The notes under the pieces were generated by a model, which worked only from the letters and a program-made list of their open reading frames with translations, was not told where the DNA came from and did not search any database. Below, one piece after another: positions 52,442 through 63,794 of a DNA stretch of 64,000 nt. Within the stretch, counting starts at the first letter, position 1. Each line of letters begins with the position of its first letter. Made by a program: the position numbers and the translations under genes. This DNA comes from an uncultured Acidobacteriota bacterium (GTDB lineage Bacteria; Acidobacteriota; Vicinamibacteria; Fen-336), in the NCBI GenBank assembly GCA_963720545.1, contig OY970399.1, positions 928,001 to 992,000 on the forward strand, read 5' to 3'.

Positions 52442-53374
52442 ATGGAAGTGGCAGCACCCCGCGACGCGCAACTCGCCGCCCTGGACCGGTCGCTGCTCGA
52501 AGTGAGCGGCCCGACCCGGGCGAAGTTTCTCCACAACCTGCTGAGCAACGACGTCGAGGGCCTGAAGCCCGGTGCCGGCCGCAGCGCTGCCCTCATGGAC
52601 GTGAAGGGTCACGTGCTGGCGCTGGTGCGCGTTCTGGCCGGCCCGTCGGCAATCGTCCTCGAACTGCCGCTGGCGCAGCTCGAGCGGGTGCAGGGCCTGC
52701 TCGAGCACTACCGCGTGGCGGCGCCGGTGCGCTTCAAGCGTGTCGATGCAGCGGTCGTGGCGCTCTTCGGCAGCTCCGCTGCGCAGCTCCTCGCGGAACT
52801 CGGCGCGCCGGTGCCGGCCGAGCGCGACGCGCATGCCGCCGGCGAGATCGCGGGCCGTGCCGTGCAGGTGGTGCGCGCCGCCGACATACCGGCGCACGGG
52901 TTCGTCCTGCACGTGGCGACGGGCGATGCCGAAGCCGTGAGCGCGGCGCTGCGGGCGGCGGGCGCCGCCGCGGTTGCGCCAAACGCGCTCGACGCGCTGC
53001 GCGTCGAGGAGGGGCTTCCCTGGTTCGGGGCCGACGTGACCGAGGCGAACCTGCTGCACGAGACGGGCCTGGTGCCAACGCACTCGACGACCAAGGGTTG
53101 CTACGTGGGACAGGAAGTGGTGGCGCGCCTCGACGCACGCGGCGGCAACGTCAACAAGCTGTTGCGGGGCCTGCGGCTCGGTGCTGCGGCGCATGCCGGC
53201 GACGTGGTCCGCGACCAGGACGGCAAGGACGTGGGCCGGGTGACGACCGCGGCGGTCTCGGAACGCCTCGGTCCGGCGGCGCTCGCCTATATCCACCGCA
53301 GCCGCAACGAACCCGGCACTTCTCTCGTGGTCAACGACGCACCGGCAACCGTCGTGTCGCTGCCCTTCTCATGA
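52442..53374 (+). CDS. ygfZ: YgfZ/GcvT-like folate-binding protein
   Basis: KGCYVGQE signature; FLHNLLSNDV. Start is ATG 52442 or GTG 52448. Confidence 0.88.
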   Translation: MEVAAPRDAQLAALDRSLLEVSGPTRAKFLHNLLSNDVEGLKPGAGRSAALMDVKGHVLALVRVLAGPSAIVLELPLAQLERVQGLLEHYRVAAPVRFKRVDAAVVALFGSSAAQLLAELGAPVPAERDAHAAGEIAGRAVQVVRAADIPAHGFVLHVATGDAEAVSAALRAAGAAAVAPNALDALRVEEGLPWFGADVTEANLLHETGLVPTHSTTKGCYVGQEVVARLDARGGNVNKLLRGLRLGAAAHAGDVVRDQDGKDVGRVTTAAVSERLGPAALAYIHRSRNEPGTSLVVNDAPATVVSLPFS

Positions 53375-53913
53375 AGATCTACACCAGGGGCGGCGACCAG
53401 GGCGAAACCGGCCTCATCGGCGGCGTGCGTGTGCCGAAGGACGACATCCGCGTCGCCGCCTACGGTGAAGTGGACGAGCTCAACGCGGTCCTGGGCGTGG
53501 TCATCGCCCACTCGGCCGATGCGCAGCGTAATGCCCTTCTCACCGACATCCAGAAAGACCTGTTCGCGATCGGGGCGCACCTTGCCGATCCACGCGCCAC
53601 GATCGCGGGGAAGAAGCCGAAGACCGCCCTCGACGACCAGCACGTGCGGCACCTCGAACAGGCGATCGACGAACGCGAGGCCCGCCTCGAACCGCTGAAG
53701 ACGTTCCTGCTTCCCGGCGGCTCCGTGGTGGGCTCCTGCCTTCACCTTGCCCGCGGTGTCTGCCGGCGCGCCGAACGCCACATCGTGGCACTTCACCACG
53801 AATCGCCCGTGGAAGCCGTCATCCTTATCTATGTGAACCGGCTGGCCGACCTGCTCTTCGTCCTCGCCCGCGAGGCAAACGCCCAGGAAGGCCGGTCGGA
53901 AACGCCCTGGTAA
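53371..53913 (+). CDS. Cob(I)alamin adenosyltransferase, PduO type
   Basis: MKIYTRGGDQGET, YGEVDELN, RGVCRRAER, YVNRLADLLF. Confidence 0.93.
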   Translation: MKIYTRGGDQGETGLIGGVRVPKDDIRVAAYGEVDELNAVLGVVIAHSADAQRNALLTDIQKDLFAIGAHLADPRATIAGKKPKTALDDQHVRHLEQAIDEREARLEPLKTFLLPGGSVVGSCLHLARGVCRRAERHIVALHHESPVEAVILIYVNRLADLLFVLAREANAQEGRSETPW

Positions 53914-53930
53914 CAGCCATCGGGTGTGGG

Positions 53931-53946
53931 TGTGATCCTGATCACA
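53931..53946. promoter_or_regulatory. CRP/FNR-family binding site
   Basis: TGTGA-TCCTGA-TCACA matches TGTGA-N6-TCACA exactly, in an AT-rich intergenic region; a second partial site TGTTT-N6-TCACA lies at 54019-54034. Confidence 0.6.
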
Positions 53947-54112
53947 ATGACGGGCCTGATCTGTGAAGTGATGTCCCACACGCTCATTAGGGCTAGCTAA
54001 CGATCGTGTACAGTCTTATGTTTGCTACATCACATTCACCACGTCCCGCCGAAACTTTTGAAGCACCCTTTGGTTCATTCGGCGAGGCGCCTTTAATTAG
54101 GAGTTTTATCCA

Positions 54113-54481
54113 ATGAAGAATTCCCTGTTCGCCGTCGTTGCTGGCCTCGCTTTCAGCGGTTTCGCATTCGCGCAGGAGCCTGCCCAGCAGCCGAATCCCG
54201 CCTCGGACCCCAAGCCGGTCACCGCTGAGCAGGCCAAGCCGGCCATGGACAAGGCCGCCAAGGGCGACCTGTCGGCCGAAGTGGTCTCGGTGGACTCCGA
54301 GAAGAAGACCGTCACCCTGAAGAACGCTTCGGGTGAGTGGACGCTGCCTGTCGAGGGCCTCGCCGTCGACAGCATCGGCACGATCAAGGCTGGCGACAAG
54401 GTCGTTGCGACCCTGCGTCATGACGCGAAGGGCGCGCCCGCGGCCATCACCGGTTTCAAGCCGGCTCCCGCGATCAAGTAG
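54113..54481 (+). CDS. Small secreted protein, probable OB-fold
   Basis: AGGAG RBS; signal peptide ending AFA; AEVVSVD..KKTVTL...IKAGDKV pattern. Confidence 0.75.
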   Translation: MKNSLFAVVAGLAFSGFAFAQEPAQQPNPASDPKPVTAEQAKPAMDKAAKGDLSAEVVSVDSEKKTVTLKNASGEWTLPVEGLAVDSIGTIKAGDKVVATLRHDAKGAPAAITGFKPAPAIK

Positions 54482-54503
54482 CAGCCGCTTTCGTCTCGTA
54501 GGG

Positions 54504-54540
54504 AGAAGGGCCGGGACCGTGAGGTTCCGGCCTTTTTCTT
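54504..54540 (+). terminator. Rho-independent terminator
   Basis: AAGGGCCGGGACC-GTGA-GGTTCCGGCCTTTTT: GC stem, GNRA loop, U tract. Confidence 0.85.
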
Positions 54541-54562
54541 TGCGCTTGGTATCCTTACGCCG

Positions 54563-55231
54563 ATGCGGGCAGCGGTTTTCGACTTCGACGGCGTGATCAT
54601 GGACAGCGAAAGCGTGCATTTCCGCTCGCTGCAGAGCGCCTTGTCCGCGACCGGTGTCGCGATCGACGCCGAGGAATACCAGAACGAGCTCGTCGCCTAC
54701 GACGACCGCACCTCGATCCGCATCGCGCTCGAGAAGCGCGGCCGGCCGTTCGACCGCGACGAGGTCGAAAACCTGGCGCAGAAAAAGGCGGTGTTCTTCG
54801 ACGCAGCAAGACGCCAGATCGGCGTCTTCCCCGGCGTGCGCGACCTGGTCGCCTCGTTCGCCCGAGAGATGCCGCTCGCGATCGCGTCGGGCGCGCTGCA
54901 CCGCGAGATCGTGAGCCTGCTGGACGGTGCGGAGCTGCGCGAGCACTTCACCTTCATCGTCGCGGCCGACGACGTCTCCCGCACCAAGCCGCACCCTGAG
55001 CCCTACCTGCGCGCGGTGGAATTGCTCGCGACTCGTGTCCCCGGGCTGCTGGCTTCGGACTGCGTGGCGTTCGAGGACACCGTCGCTGGCATCGCCGCGG
55101 CGCGCGCCGCCGGCCTGCGCGTGGTGGGCATCACCAACACGTATCCGGCGGCGAAGCTGGGCCAGGCGGACCGCGTGGTGCCGAGTTTCGTCGGCATGAC
55201 GCCGGCCGACTTCCGTCCGCTGTTCGCCTGA
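54563..55231 (+). CDS. HAD-family phosphatase (beta-PGM/CbbY-like)
   Basis: FDFDGVIMDSE, KPHPEPY, FEDT..GI.AA..AG. Confidence 0.9.
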   Translation: MRAAVFDFDGVIMDSESVHFRSLQSALSATGVAIDAEEYQNELVAYDDRTSIRIALEKRGRPFDRDEVENLAQKKAVFFDAARRQIGVFPGVRDLVASFAREMPLAIASGALHREIVSLLDGAELREHFTFIVAADDVSRTKPHPEPYLRAVELLATRVPGLLASDCVAFEDTVAGIAAARAAGLRVVGITNTYPAAKLGQADRVVPSFVGMTPADFRPLFA

Positions 55232-55234
55232 GCG

Positions 55235-56062
55235 ATGGCCTCGAAACACCTCGACGCCGACCGCGCCCGCCGCAACGCCGAGTACAAGTTCGACTATGCG
55301 AAGAAAAGCCTGGGCGGCAAGGTGGTGCTGGTTCCTGGCGGCGGCGGCGGCCTCGGCGCGGCAATCACCGCCTTGCTGCTGCAGGAAGGCGCCTTTCCAG
55401 TCGTCGGCTACCGCCGCAACCGCGGCCACGCCATGGTGTTCCAGCAGAAGATGCAGGACCTCTACGGCGGCCCCGTGGTGCTCGTCGAGGGCGACATCGC
55501 GGAGCCCGCCGTGCGCGACAAGTACCTGGCCGCGGCGCTCGACGTGAAGGGCGAGCTCTACGGCCTGGTGGCGCTCCCCGGCGACCCGGCACGGGTCAAG
55601 GCCGAGGCGCTCGACGACGCAGCGCTCGCGGCATCCTGGGCCGCCAACTTCACGGCACCCTTCCTGCTGGCGCGGCGCTGCGCCGAGGAGATGCAGCGGC
55701 TCAAGACTCCCGGCGCGATCGTGCTGGTGTCGAGCATGCAGGGCGTGCACCCGTTCGAGGGCAGCGTCGCCTATGCGGCACCGAAGGCGGCACTGGCGCA
55801 CGCCGCCAGGATCCTCGCGAAGGAGTTCGGCGGCGCCGCCGACATCCGCGTGAACGCGATTGCTCCCGGAGCCACCACCGCCGGCATGGCACGCGCGTCG
55901 CTCGACACCGGCAAGTACGATCCCTACGTCGACAACGGGGTCATCCCGCGCTTCGGCAGGCCCGAAGACATCGCACGCGCGGTGCGCTTCCTGCTGGAGC
56001 CTGAGAGCTACATCACGGGGCAGGTGCTGGTGGTCGACGGCGGGCTGACCCTGCGCCGTTGA
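55235..56062 (+). CDS. SDR family oxidoreductase
   Basis: PGGGGGLG, VSS, YAAPK, VNAIAPG, ITGQVLVVDGG. Confidence 0.88.
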   Translation: MASKHLDADRARRNAEYKFDYAKKSLGGKVVLVPGGGGGLGAAITALLLQEGAFPVVGYRRNRGHAMVFQQKMQDLYGGPVVLVEGDIAEPAVRDKYLAAALDVKGELYGLVALPGDPARVKAEALDDAALAASWAANFTAPFLLARRCAEEMQRLKTPGAIVLVSSMQGVHPFEGSVAYAAPKAALAHAARILAKEFGGAADIRVNAIAPGATTAGMARASLDTGKYDPYVDNGVIPRFGRPEDIARAVRFLLEPESYITGQVLVVDGGLTLRR

Positions 56063-56087
56063 CACTGGTACCTTGCGACCCTAACCT
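56059..56087 (+). promoter_or_regulatory. Sigma-70 promoter for a probably leaderless DsbA-like mRNA
   Basis: TTGACA (56059-56064), 17-nt spacer, TAACCT (56082-56087), then 6 nt to ATG 56094. Confidence 0.65.
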
Positions 56088-56093
56088 CATCGG

Positions 56094-57125
56094 ATGAACG
56101 CTCGCGCGCTGTCGCTGTGTCTCATCGCGGTCGCCGCATCCGGCTTGTGCTGCAAGTCGCGCGCCGCGGCCTCCGCGCAGGCGCAGCCTGCCGACGGCTC
56201 AGCGCCGCTCGCGACCATGAACGGCGTCACCATCACTGCCAGGGAAGTGGACGCCAAGGTCAAGGCGAAGGTGCTCGAGCTGGAACAGCAGATCTACCAG
56301 GCCCGCCGCGACGCGCTCGACGAACTGGTGTCCGAGAAACTCATCGAGCTGGAAGCGAAGGCGCGCGGCGTGTCGAAGGAAGAATACCTGCGCGCCGAGC
56401 TCCAGAGCCGCATCACCGCGCCGAGCGACGCTGAAATCGCCAAGGTGTACGAAGAGAACAAGGCGCGCTTCGGGGGCAAGACCCTCGCCGAGATGAAGCC
56501 GCGCATCGTCGAGTACCTGCGCAACCAGGCGGCGCAGGACCGCGGCACTGCCCTGCGCGCCGAGCTCGAGGCGAAGCACAACGTCAAGGTGCTGATGACG
56601 GCGCCGCGCTTCGAGGTGAGCCCGCCCGCGACGGCTTACGCCAAGGGTCCGGCCAAAGCACCGGTCACGATCGTCGAGTTCTCCGACTACCAGTGCCCGT
56701 ACTGCCAGCGCGCGGAGAAGACCGTGGAGGGGCTGCTCGGCAAGTACGGCGAAAGGGTGCGCTTCGTGCTCGTCGACTACCCCATCGAGGGACATCCCGG
56801 CGCGTTCCCCGCATCGCGCGCGGCGCGCTGCGCCGGCGACCAGGGCAAGTTCTGGGAGTACCACCAGCACCTGCTCACCGAGCCTGGCGCTTTCACCGAA
56901 GAAGACTTCAAGGGCCGGGCAGCGAGCCTCGGCCTCAAGGGCGACGAATTCGGCGCGTGTTTCGCCTCCGGCAAGCACGACCCCGCCATCAATGCCGGGC
57001 GCGAGCAGGGCAACCAGCTGGGCGTGACCGCGACACCGACCTTCTTCATCAACGGCCGGATGATCTCTGGGGCACGCGAGGCCCGGGCGTTCGAGACGAT
57101 CATCGACGAAGAGCTGGCGCAGTAG
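56094..57125 (+). CDS. DsbA-like thioredoxin-domain protein with a SurA-like N-terminal region
   Basis: Signal/lipoprotein-like N-terminus; EFSDYQCPYC (CxxC); GVTATPTFFING (cis-Pro loop). Confidence 0.88.
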   Translation: MNARALSLCLIAVAASGLCCKSRAAASAQAQPADGSAPLATMNGVTITAREVDAKVKAKVLELEQQIYQARRDALDELVSEKLIELEAKARGVSKEEYLRAELQSRITAPSDAEIAKVYEENKARFGGKTLAEMKPRIVEYLRNQAAQDRGTALRAELEAKHNVKVLMTAPRFEVSPPATAYAKGPAKAPVTIVEFSDYQCPYCQRAEKTVEGLLGKYGERVRFVLVDYPIEGHPGAFPASRAARCAGDQGKFWEYHQHLLTEPGAFTEEDFKGRAASLGLKGDEFGACFASGKHDPAINAGREQGNQLGVTATPTFFINGRMISGAREARAFETIIDEELAQ

Positions 57126-57141
57126 CGCGAGCAGGAGCGAC

Positions 57142-59049
57142 TTGCAGACAGAACTACGCGCGTGGACCGTCAAGGATTCGTCCATCCTCTATAACGTCGA
57201 CGGCTGGGGCCGGGACTTCTTCGGCATCAACGACGCCGGCAACATCGAGGTCATGCCCTCCGCCAACGGCGCGCGCATCGACCTGAAGGAACTGGTAGAC
57301 GACCTCAGGAGCCGCGGCATCAACCTGCCGGTCCTGATCCGCTTCTCCGACATCCTGCGCACCCGCATCCAGCAGCTGTTCGGCTCGTTCCAGCAGGCGA
57401 TCGCCGACAACGACTACCGCGGCGCCTATCGAGGCGTCTACCCCATCAAGGTGAACCAGCAGCGCCACGTGGTGGAGGAGCTGATCGAGTACGGCCGGCC
57501 CTTCAACCTCGGCCTCGAGGCCGGCTCCAAGCCCGAGCTGCTGGTGGCGCTGGCGCTGCATGACAACCCCGAAGCGCTCATCCTCTGCAACGGCTACAAG
57601 GACCGCGCCTTCATCGAGACGGCGCTGCTCGCGCAGAAGCTCGGCCGCCAGGTGATCATCACCATGGACCGGGTGGACGAGCTCGAGGTCATCCTGCAGG
57701 CCGCCAAGGAGCTCGACGTGCGCCCGGTGATCGGCGTGCGCGCACGGCTCTCGACCAAGGGCGCCGGCAAGTGGGTGGAGTCCACCGGCGACCGCTCCAA
57801 GTTCGGCCTGACCACGGCGGAAATGGTGTCGGTGGTCGAGCGGCTGCGCCAGGAGCAGATGCTCGACTGCCTGCAGCTGCTGCACTTCCACATCGGCTCG
57901 CAGATCACGGCCATCCGCGCCATCAAGGACGCGCTGCGCGAGGCGAGCCGCATCTTCGTCGAGCTGCACGCGCTCGGCGCCAACATGAAGATCCTCGACT
58001 GCGGCGGCGGCCTTGGCGTCGACTACGACGGCAGCCAGACCAACTTCCATTCCTCGGTCAACTATTCGCTCGCCGAGTACGCGGCCGACATCGTCAGCCA
58101 GATCGCCGACGCCTGCAACGCCGCGAAGGTGCCGCACCCCGACATCGTCACGGAGTCGGGACGTGCGCTGGTGGCGCACCACTCGGTGCTGGTATTCGAT
58201 GTGCTGGGCGTCAACGAGATCCTGGTGGGCGAGGTGCCCGAGCTGGTCGGCGACAACGAGCACCGCATCATCCAGCAGCTCTACGAGACCTACACGTCGG
58301 TGTCGCGCAAGAACTTCCAGGAGTCCTACCACGACGCTCTGGGGCTGAAGGAAGAGGCGATCAACGCCTTCAACGTCGGCGTGCTGAACCTCAAGGAGCG
58401 GGCGCGCATCGAGCAGCTCTTCTGGGCGACCTGCGAGCGCATCCTCAAGATCGTGCGCGACCTGGCCTACGTGCCCGACGACCTCGAGGGCCTCGAGAAG
58501 CAGCTGTCCGACACCTACTACTGCAACTTCTCGCTGTTCCAGTCGCTGCCCGACCACTGGGCCGTGCGCCAGCTGTTCCCCACCGTGCCGATCCATCGCC
58601 ACGACAAGCAGCCGACCCGGCGCGCCATCCTCGCCGACCTGACGTGCGACAGCGACGGCAAGATGGACGAGTTCATCGACCTCAAGGACGTCAGCCACTT
58701 TCTGCCGCTGCACCCGCTGAACGGCGGGCCCTACTACATCGCGAGCTTCCTGGTGGGCGCCTACCAGGAGATCCTCGGCGACCTGCACAACCTGTTCGGC
58801 GACACCGATGCCGTGCACGTGCGCCTCGACGGCGACGACTATCGCGTCGAGCACGTGGTGGAGGGCGACTCGGTCACCGAGGTGCTGTCCTACGTGCAGT
58901 ACTCGAAGGACGACCTCATCTCGCGCGTGCGCCGCTCGGTGGAAGTGGCGCTGCGCGACAAGCGCCTCACCATGGCCGAATCGGGCCGCCTGATGCGCCG
59001 CTACGAAGAGGCGCTCGAGGGCTACACCTACCTCACCGTCAAGGAGTAG
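57142..59049 (+). CDS. speA: Biosynthetic arginine decarboxylase
   Basis: VYPIKVNQ, GLEAGSKPEL, HFHIGSQ, TCDSDG, GAYQEILGDLHNLFG; TTG start after AGGAG. Confidence 0.95.
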   Translation: MQTELRAWTVKDSSILYNVDGWGRDFFGINDAGNIEVMPSANGARIDLKELVDDLRSRGINLPVLIRFSDILRTRIQQLFGSFQQAIADNDYRGAYRGVYPIKVNQQRHVVEELIEYGRPFNLGLEAGSKPELLVALALHDNPEALILCNGYKDRAFIETALLAQKLGRQVIITMDRVDELEVILQAAKELDVRPVIGVRARLSTKGAGKWVESTGDRSKFGLTTAEMVSVVERLRQEQMLDCLQLLHFHIGSQITAIRAIKDALREASRIFVELHALGANMKILDCGGGLGVDYDGSQTNFHSSVNYSLAEYAADIVSQIADACNAAKVPHPDIVTESGRALVAHHSVLVFDVLGVNEILVGEVPELVGDNEHRIIQQLYETYTSVSRKNFQESYHDALGLKEEAINAFNVGVLNLKERARIEQLFWATCERILKIVRDLAYVPDDLEGLEKQLSDTYYCNFSLFQSLPDHWAVRQLFPTVPIHRHDKQPTRRAILADLTCDSDGKMDEFIDLKDVSHFLPLHPLNGGPYYIASFLVGAYQEILGDLHNLFGDTDAVHVRLDGDDYRVEHVVEGDSVTEVLSYVQYSKDDLISRVRRSVEVALRDKRLTMAESGRLMRRYEEALEGYTYLTVKE

Positions 59050-59099
59050 TCAGACCTATAGGCACCGTGCGGTAACCTGCCGCGGCACCGCGAACGGCC

Positions 59100-60254
59100 A
59101 TGAGAATCGTCGTCAAGTATCACGAGATCGCGCTCAAGGGCGGCAACCGCGGGTTTTTCGTGGCGCGCCTCCTCCACAACCTGCGCCGCGCCACCGCGGA
59201 ATGGCAGGGCAAGGTCGCGGAACGCTCCGGCCGCATCTTCGTCGAGCTGCCCGATACTCTCGCGTGGGAGGCGGCGCGCGAGCGCATCGCGGCGGTCCTC
59301 GGCGTCGCCAACTTCTCGCGGGTGCGCGAGTCCCCGGCCGATCTCGACCAGTTGGAGCGGCTGCTGCTGCAAAGCCTCGACGGCGACCGGTTCCAGTCGT
59401 TCCGGGTGCGGGCGCGGCGCACCTACAAGCCGTTCCCGTTCTCGTCGATGGACATCGAGCGCCGCCTCGGCGCCGCCATCAACACACGCACCGGCGCGCG
59501 CGTCGACCTCAGCACCTCGGCTGAGCGCACCTTCTTCGTCGACGTGCTCAAGGACCGCATCCTGTTCACGACCGAGCGGGAGCAGGGCGTCGGTGGCTTG
59601 CCGGTGGGCAGTTCCGGGCGCGTCATGGCGCTCCTCTCCGGCGGCATCGACTCGCCGGTGGCGGCCCACCGCCTGATGCGCCGCGGCTGCACCATACTGC
59701 CGGTGCACTTTCACGCCTTCCCGTTGCAGGACCACGACTCGATCGACAAGGCGCGCGAACTGGCGCGGGTGCTGGCGCGCTCGCAATTCGAGCTGAAGCT
59801 GTTCCTGGTGCCGTTCGGCCCGACCCAACAGACGATCGTGGCGCAAGGGCCGGCGCCGCTGCGCGTCATCCTCTATCGCCGCTTCATGGTGCGCGTGGCG
59901 GAGCGGCTCGGCGCGCGTTACGGTGTCAAAGCGCTGTGCACCGGCGAGAGCGTCGCGCAGGTGGCCTCGCAGACGCTCGACAACATGGCGGCTGTGGACG
60001 CCGCCGCGCAGGGACCGATACTGCGGCCGCTGGTGGGCATGGACAAGGACGAGATCATGCGCGAGGCGCGGCGCATCGGCACCTACGAGATCAGCATCCG
60101 TCCCGACCAGGACTGTTGCCAGATCTTCTCGCCGCGCAAGCCGGCGGTCGCGGCCAAGGTGGAGGAGGCGGACGCGGCCGAGCGGCAGCTCGACGTCGCG
60201 GGGCTGGTCGCCGCGTGTGTGCAGCAAGTCACGATCGAGAAGTTCGCCTTTTAG
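59100..60254 (+). CDS. thiI: tRNA 4-thiouridine synthase (no rhodanese domain)
   Basis: EIALKGGNR, THUMP region, GGLPVG, LLSGGIDS, TGES..QVASQT, DCC. Confidence 0.93.
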   Translation: MRIVVKYHEIALKGGNRGFFVARLLHNLRRATAEWQGKVAERSGRIFVELPDTLAWEAARERIAAVLGVANFSRVRESPADLDQLERLLLQSLDGDRFQSFRVRARRTYKPFPFSSMDIERRLGAAINTRTGARVDLSTSAERTFFVDVLKDRILFTTEREQGVGGLPVGSSGRVMALLSGGIDSPVAAHRLMRRGCTILPVHFHAFPLQDHDSIDKARELARVLARSQFELKLFLVPFGPTQQTIVAQGPAPLRVILYRRFMVRVAERLGARYGVKALCTGESVAQVASQTLDNMAAVDAAAQGPILRPLVGMDKDEIMREARRIGTYEISIRPDQDCCQIFSPRKPAVAAKVEEADAAERQLDVAGLVAACVQQVTIEKFAF

Positions 60255-60263
60255 GCGAATGGT

Positions 60264-61109
60264 ATGATCGTCGAGGCCGTGAACGCTTCCCACCTCGAAA
60301 GGCTGATAGCCAGCGTCTCCTGCCCCGAGGACAGCCTCGACTTCACTCGTGCGTCGCTGCTCGTGGCCTGCCAGGAGTACCCGCAGCTGGACGTCGACGG
60401 CTACCACGCCCGGCTCGCGGAGCTAGGCGCGCGCTTCGCGGCGCGCTCGTGCGGCGCGGCGCCCGAGGATTCGGTGCTGCTCCTCAGCGAGTTCCTGTTC
60501 GCCGAAGAGGGTTTCCGCGGTAACGGCGACGACTTCTACGATCCGCGCAACAGCTTCCTCAACGAAGTCCTCGATCGCCGTATGGGAATCCCCATCTCGC
60601 TTTCCGCCATCTACCTCGAGGTGGCGCAGCGGGCCGGCCTGCGGGCCTGCGGCGTGAGCTTCCCCGGCCATTTCCTGGTGCGGGTCGAGGGCGAGTACGC
60701 GCCGATGATCGTCGACCCGTTCCACGGCGGCATCCGCCTGACGACACAGGACTGCCAGGACCGCCTCGACCACGTCTTCGGCGGCAGGATCGTGCTGAAG
60801 GACGAGATGCTCGAGCCGTGCAGCAAGCGCGCCATGCTGGTGCGGCTGATGCGCAACCTCAAGGGCATCTACGTCAAGACCGGCGACCACGAGCGCGCGC
60901 TGCGCACAGTGGAGCTGACCCTGCTGGTGGAGCCGCAGAGCCGGCCTGACCGCCGCGACCGTGGCCTGATCCTCGCCGCGATGGACTGCTACGGGCTCGC
61001 CGCCGACGCGCTCGAGCAGTACCTCGAACTGGCGCCATACGCCTCGGAAGCCGCCACCCTGGCCGAGAAGGTGCAGGAACTGCGCCTCAAGGCCGCTCGC
61101 ACCCATTGA
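60264..61109 (+). CDS. SirB1-family (transglutaminase-like + TPR) protein
   Basis: GF.GN..DFYDPRNSFLNEVLDRR.GIPISL, FPGHFL, RDRGL. Start may be GTG 60279. Confidence 0.88.
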   Translation: MIVEAVNASHLERLIASVSCPEDSLDFTRASLLVACQEYPQLDVDGYHARLAELGARFAARSCGAAPEDSVLLLSEFLFAEEGFRGNGDDFYDPRNSFLNEVLDRRMGIPISLSAIYLEVAQRAGLRACGVSFPGHFLVRVEGEYAPMIVDPFHGGIRLTTQDCQDRLDHVFGGRIVLKDEMLEPCSKRAMLVRLMRNLKGIYVKTGDHERALRTVELTLLVEPQSRPDRRDRGLILAAMDCYGLAADALEQYLELAPYASEAATLAEKVQELRLKAARTH

Positions 61110-61121
61110 AGGAGGACCCGC

Positions 61122-62194
<1,073 letters not shown>

Positions 62195-62198
<4 letters not shown>

Positions 62199-62509
62199 CC
62201 GTTCGACCAGTCGGGGTCGTCGCGGCCGTCGGCCTTGGGCACGCCGCCGGGGCCGCGCTCGGCGAGCAGCAGTCGGCGCAGCGTGCGCAGGTCGTTCAGC
62301 AAGCGGTGGCTCGCCGCGAGGTGGTCCTTCAGCTTGTCGAGCTTGAAGGCCACGAGCTGCAGCGCTTCCTGCAGCCGCTTGTCCTTCGCTTCCGTGGCTT
62401 GCGCCACGTCCGCGGCGATCTCGGCGCGCGACTCTTCGATCGCCTCGAGCAGCAGCTTGGTGTACTCATGCGCGCTCTCGATGCTCGCGAACGGCGTCAC
62501 GTCGTCCAT
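62195..62509 (-). CDS. Small helical hypothetical protein
   Basis: GGAG RBS, amphipathic helices ([22 protein letters not shown]); overlaps the end of mtnC. Confidence 0.7.
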
Positions 62510-63213
62510 CGCAGCTCCATGAAGCTCGCGGCCTCGTGCGGGCCGGCCGGCGTGGCGCCGGCGGCGACGCGCAGCACGGCGCGCATCCCCGCGCCGGCGG
62601 CGGCAGCCACTTCGGCGGTGGCGTCCGAGACGAACAGCACCGAGTCGTTGCGCACGTTCAGCACCTGCGCGATGCGCGCGTAGCTCCGGGCGTCGGTCTT
62701 CGGCCCGGTGGCGGTGTCGAACCAGGCGCCGATGAGCGGGGCCAGGTCGCCTTCGCTGGTGTGTCCGAAGTAGAGCTTCTGCGCGAGCACGCTGCCCGAA
62801 GAATAGATCGCGAGGCCGATGCCGTCCTCGTGCCAGCGTCGCAGCGCCGGCGCGACGTCGTCGAACAGCGGCGCCTCGAGCGCGCCCGAGGCGTAGCCGT
62901 CCTCCCAGACGCGGCCCTGCAGGTCCTTGAGCGGCGTCGCCTTGCGGTCGCGGTCGATGAGCCAGCCGGCATAGGCGGCGGCGGCGCTCCGATCATCGCC
63001 GTTCCACGGCGGCGGCGGCAGGCCGGTGCCGGTTTCGGCTGCGTGCAGGCGCCGCAGCTCGGCCACGAGCGCCTCTACCTCGTCGTCGTCCGCGTGCGCC
63101 TGGAGGAACGCGGCCATGCGTTCGCGCGCATAGGGAAAGAGGACGTCGCGCACGAACGAGACGGGCCCGACCGTCCCTTCGATGTCGAGCAGCACGTGGG
63201 CCGGCCTGGTCAG
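62497..63213 (-). CDS. mtnC: Enolase-phosphatase E1 (acireductone synthase)
   Basis: LLDIEGT...FV.DVLFPYA, DRK.TPLK.LQG..W, YSSGSV.AQKL.F, LFVSD. Start probably CTG 63213 overlapping the mtnD stop, or GTG 63195. Confidence 0.9.
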   Translation of the reverse strand: MTRPAHVLLDIEGTVGPVSFVRDVLFPYARERMAAFLQAHADDDEVEALVAELRRLHAAETGTGLPPPPWNGDDRSAAAAYAGWLIDRDRKATPLKDLQGRVWEDGYASGALEAPLFDDVAPALRRWHEDGIGLAIYSSGSVLAQKLYFGHTSEGDLAPLIGAWFDTATGPKTDARSYARIAQVLNVRNDSVLFVSDATAEVAAAAGAGMRAVLRVAAGATPAGPHEAASFMELRWTT

Positions 63214-63779
63214 AGCGCAGGCCCCGCTGCCGCGCCCAGGTACGCGGGACCGAGGCACACCGGCTCATGTCCCTGCTCGGCGCCGCTGTCGGTGTAGTGC
63301 GGCGTCCAGCCCGTGGGGTCCTGGAAGAGGCGAATGGCGCGGATGCGCTTGTCGGCGCACAGGTCGAACCAGTGCCAGGTGCCGCGCGGCACGCGCAGCA
63401 GGTCGCCCGGCCCGACCTCGATGGCGAGCACCGGGCCCTGCCGCGAGTGGATGTGAAACAGGCCGCGCCCGGCGACGATGAAGCGCACCTCGTCCTCGTC
63501 ATGCCAGTGCTCGCGGTTGAAGCGCGCCAGCATGGCGTCGATGCCGGGGGTGGCGGCGGTGACGTCGATGACGTCGGCGGTGACGTACCCGCCCTCGCGC
63601 TTGAGCCGCTCGATCTCGGGGGCGTAGGCCTCGAGCACCGCCTCGGCGGTGGCATCGTCCGCGAGCGGCCGCGACGCCGCCCAGCGCTCGAACACGATGC
63701 CTTCCGCGGACAGCCGTGCCGCGACCGGGCCGTCTTCCTCCAGCCGGATGTTTTCTTCGGGTATGCGTAGCGTGGCCAT
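63210..63779 (-). CDS. mtnD: Acireductone dioxygenase (cupin)
   Basis: [40 protein letters not shown]. Confidence 0.9.
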   Translation of the reverse strand: MATLRIPEENIRLEEDGPVAARLSAEGIVFERWAASRPLADDATAEAVLEAYAPEIERLKREGGYVTADVIDVTAATPGIDAMLARFNREHWHDEDEVRFIVAGRGLFHIHSRQGPVLAIEVGPGDLLRVPRGTWHWFDLCADKRIRAIRLFQDPTGWTPHYTDSGAEQGHEPVCLGPAYLGAAAGPAL

Positions 63780-63794
63780 GGGGAACTCCTGCGA

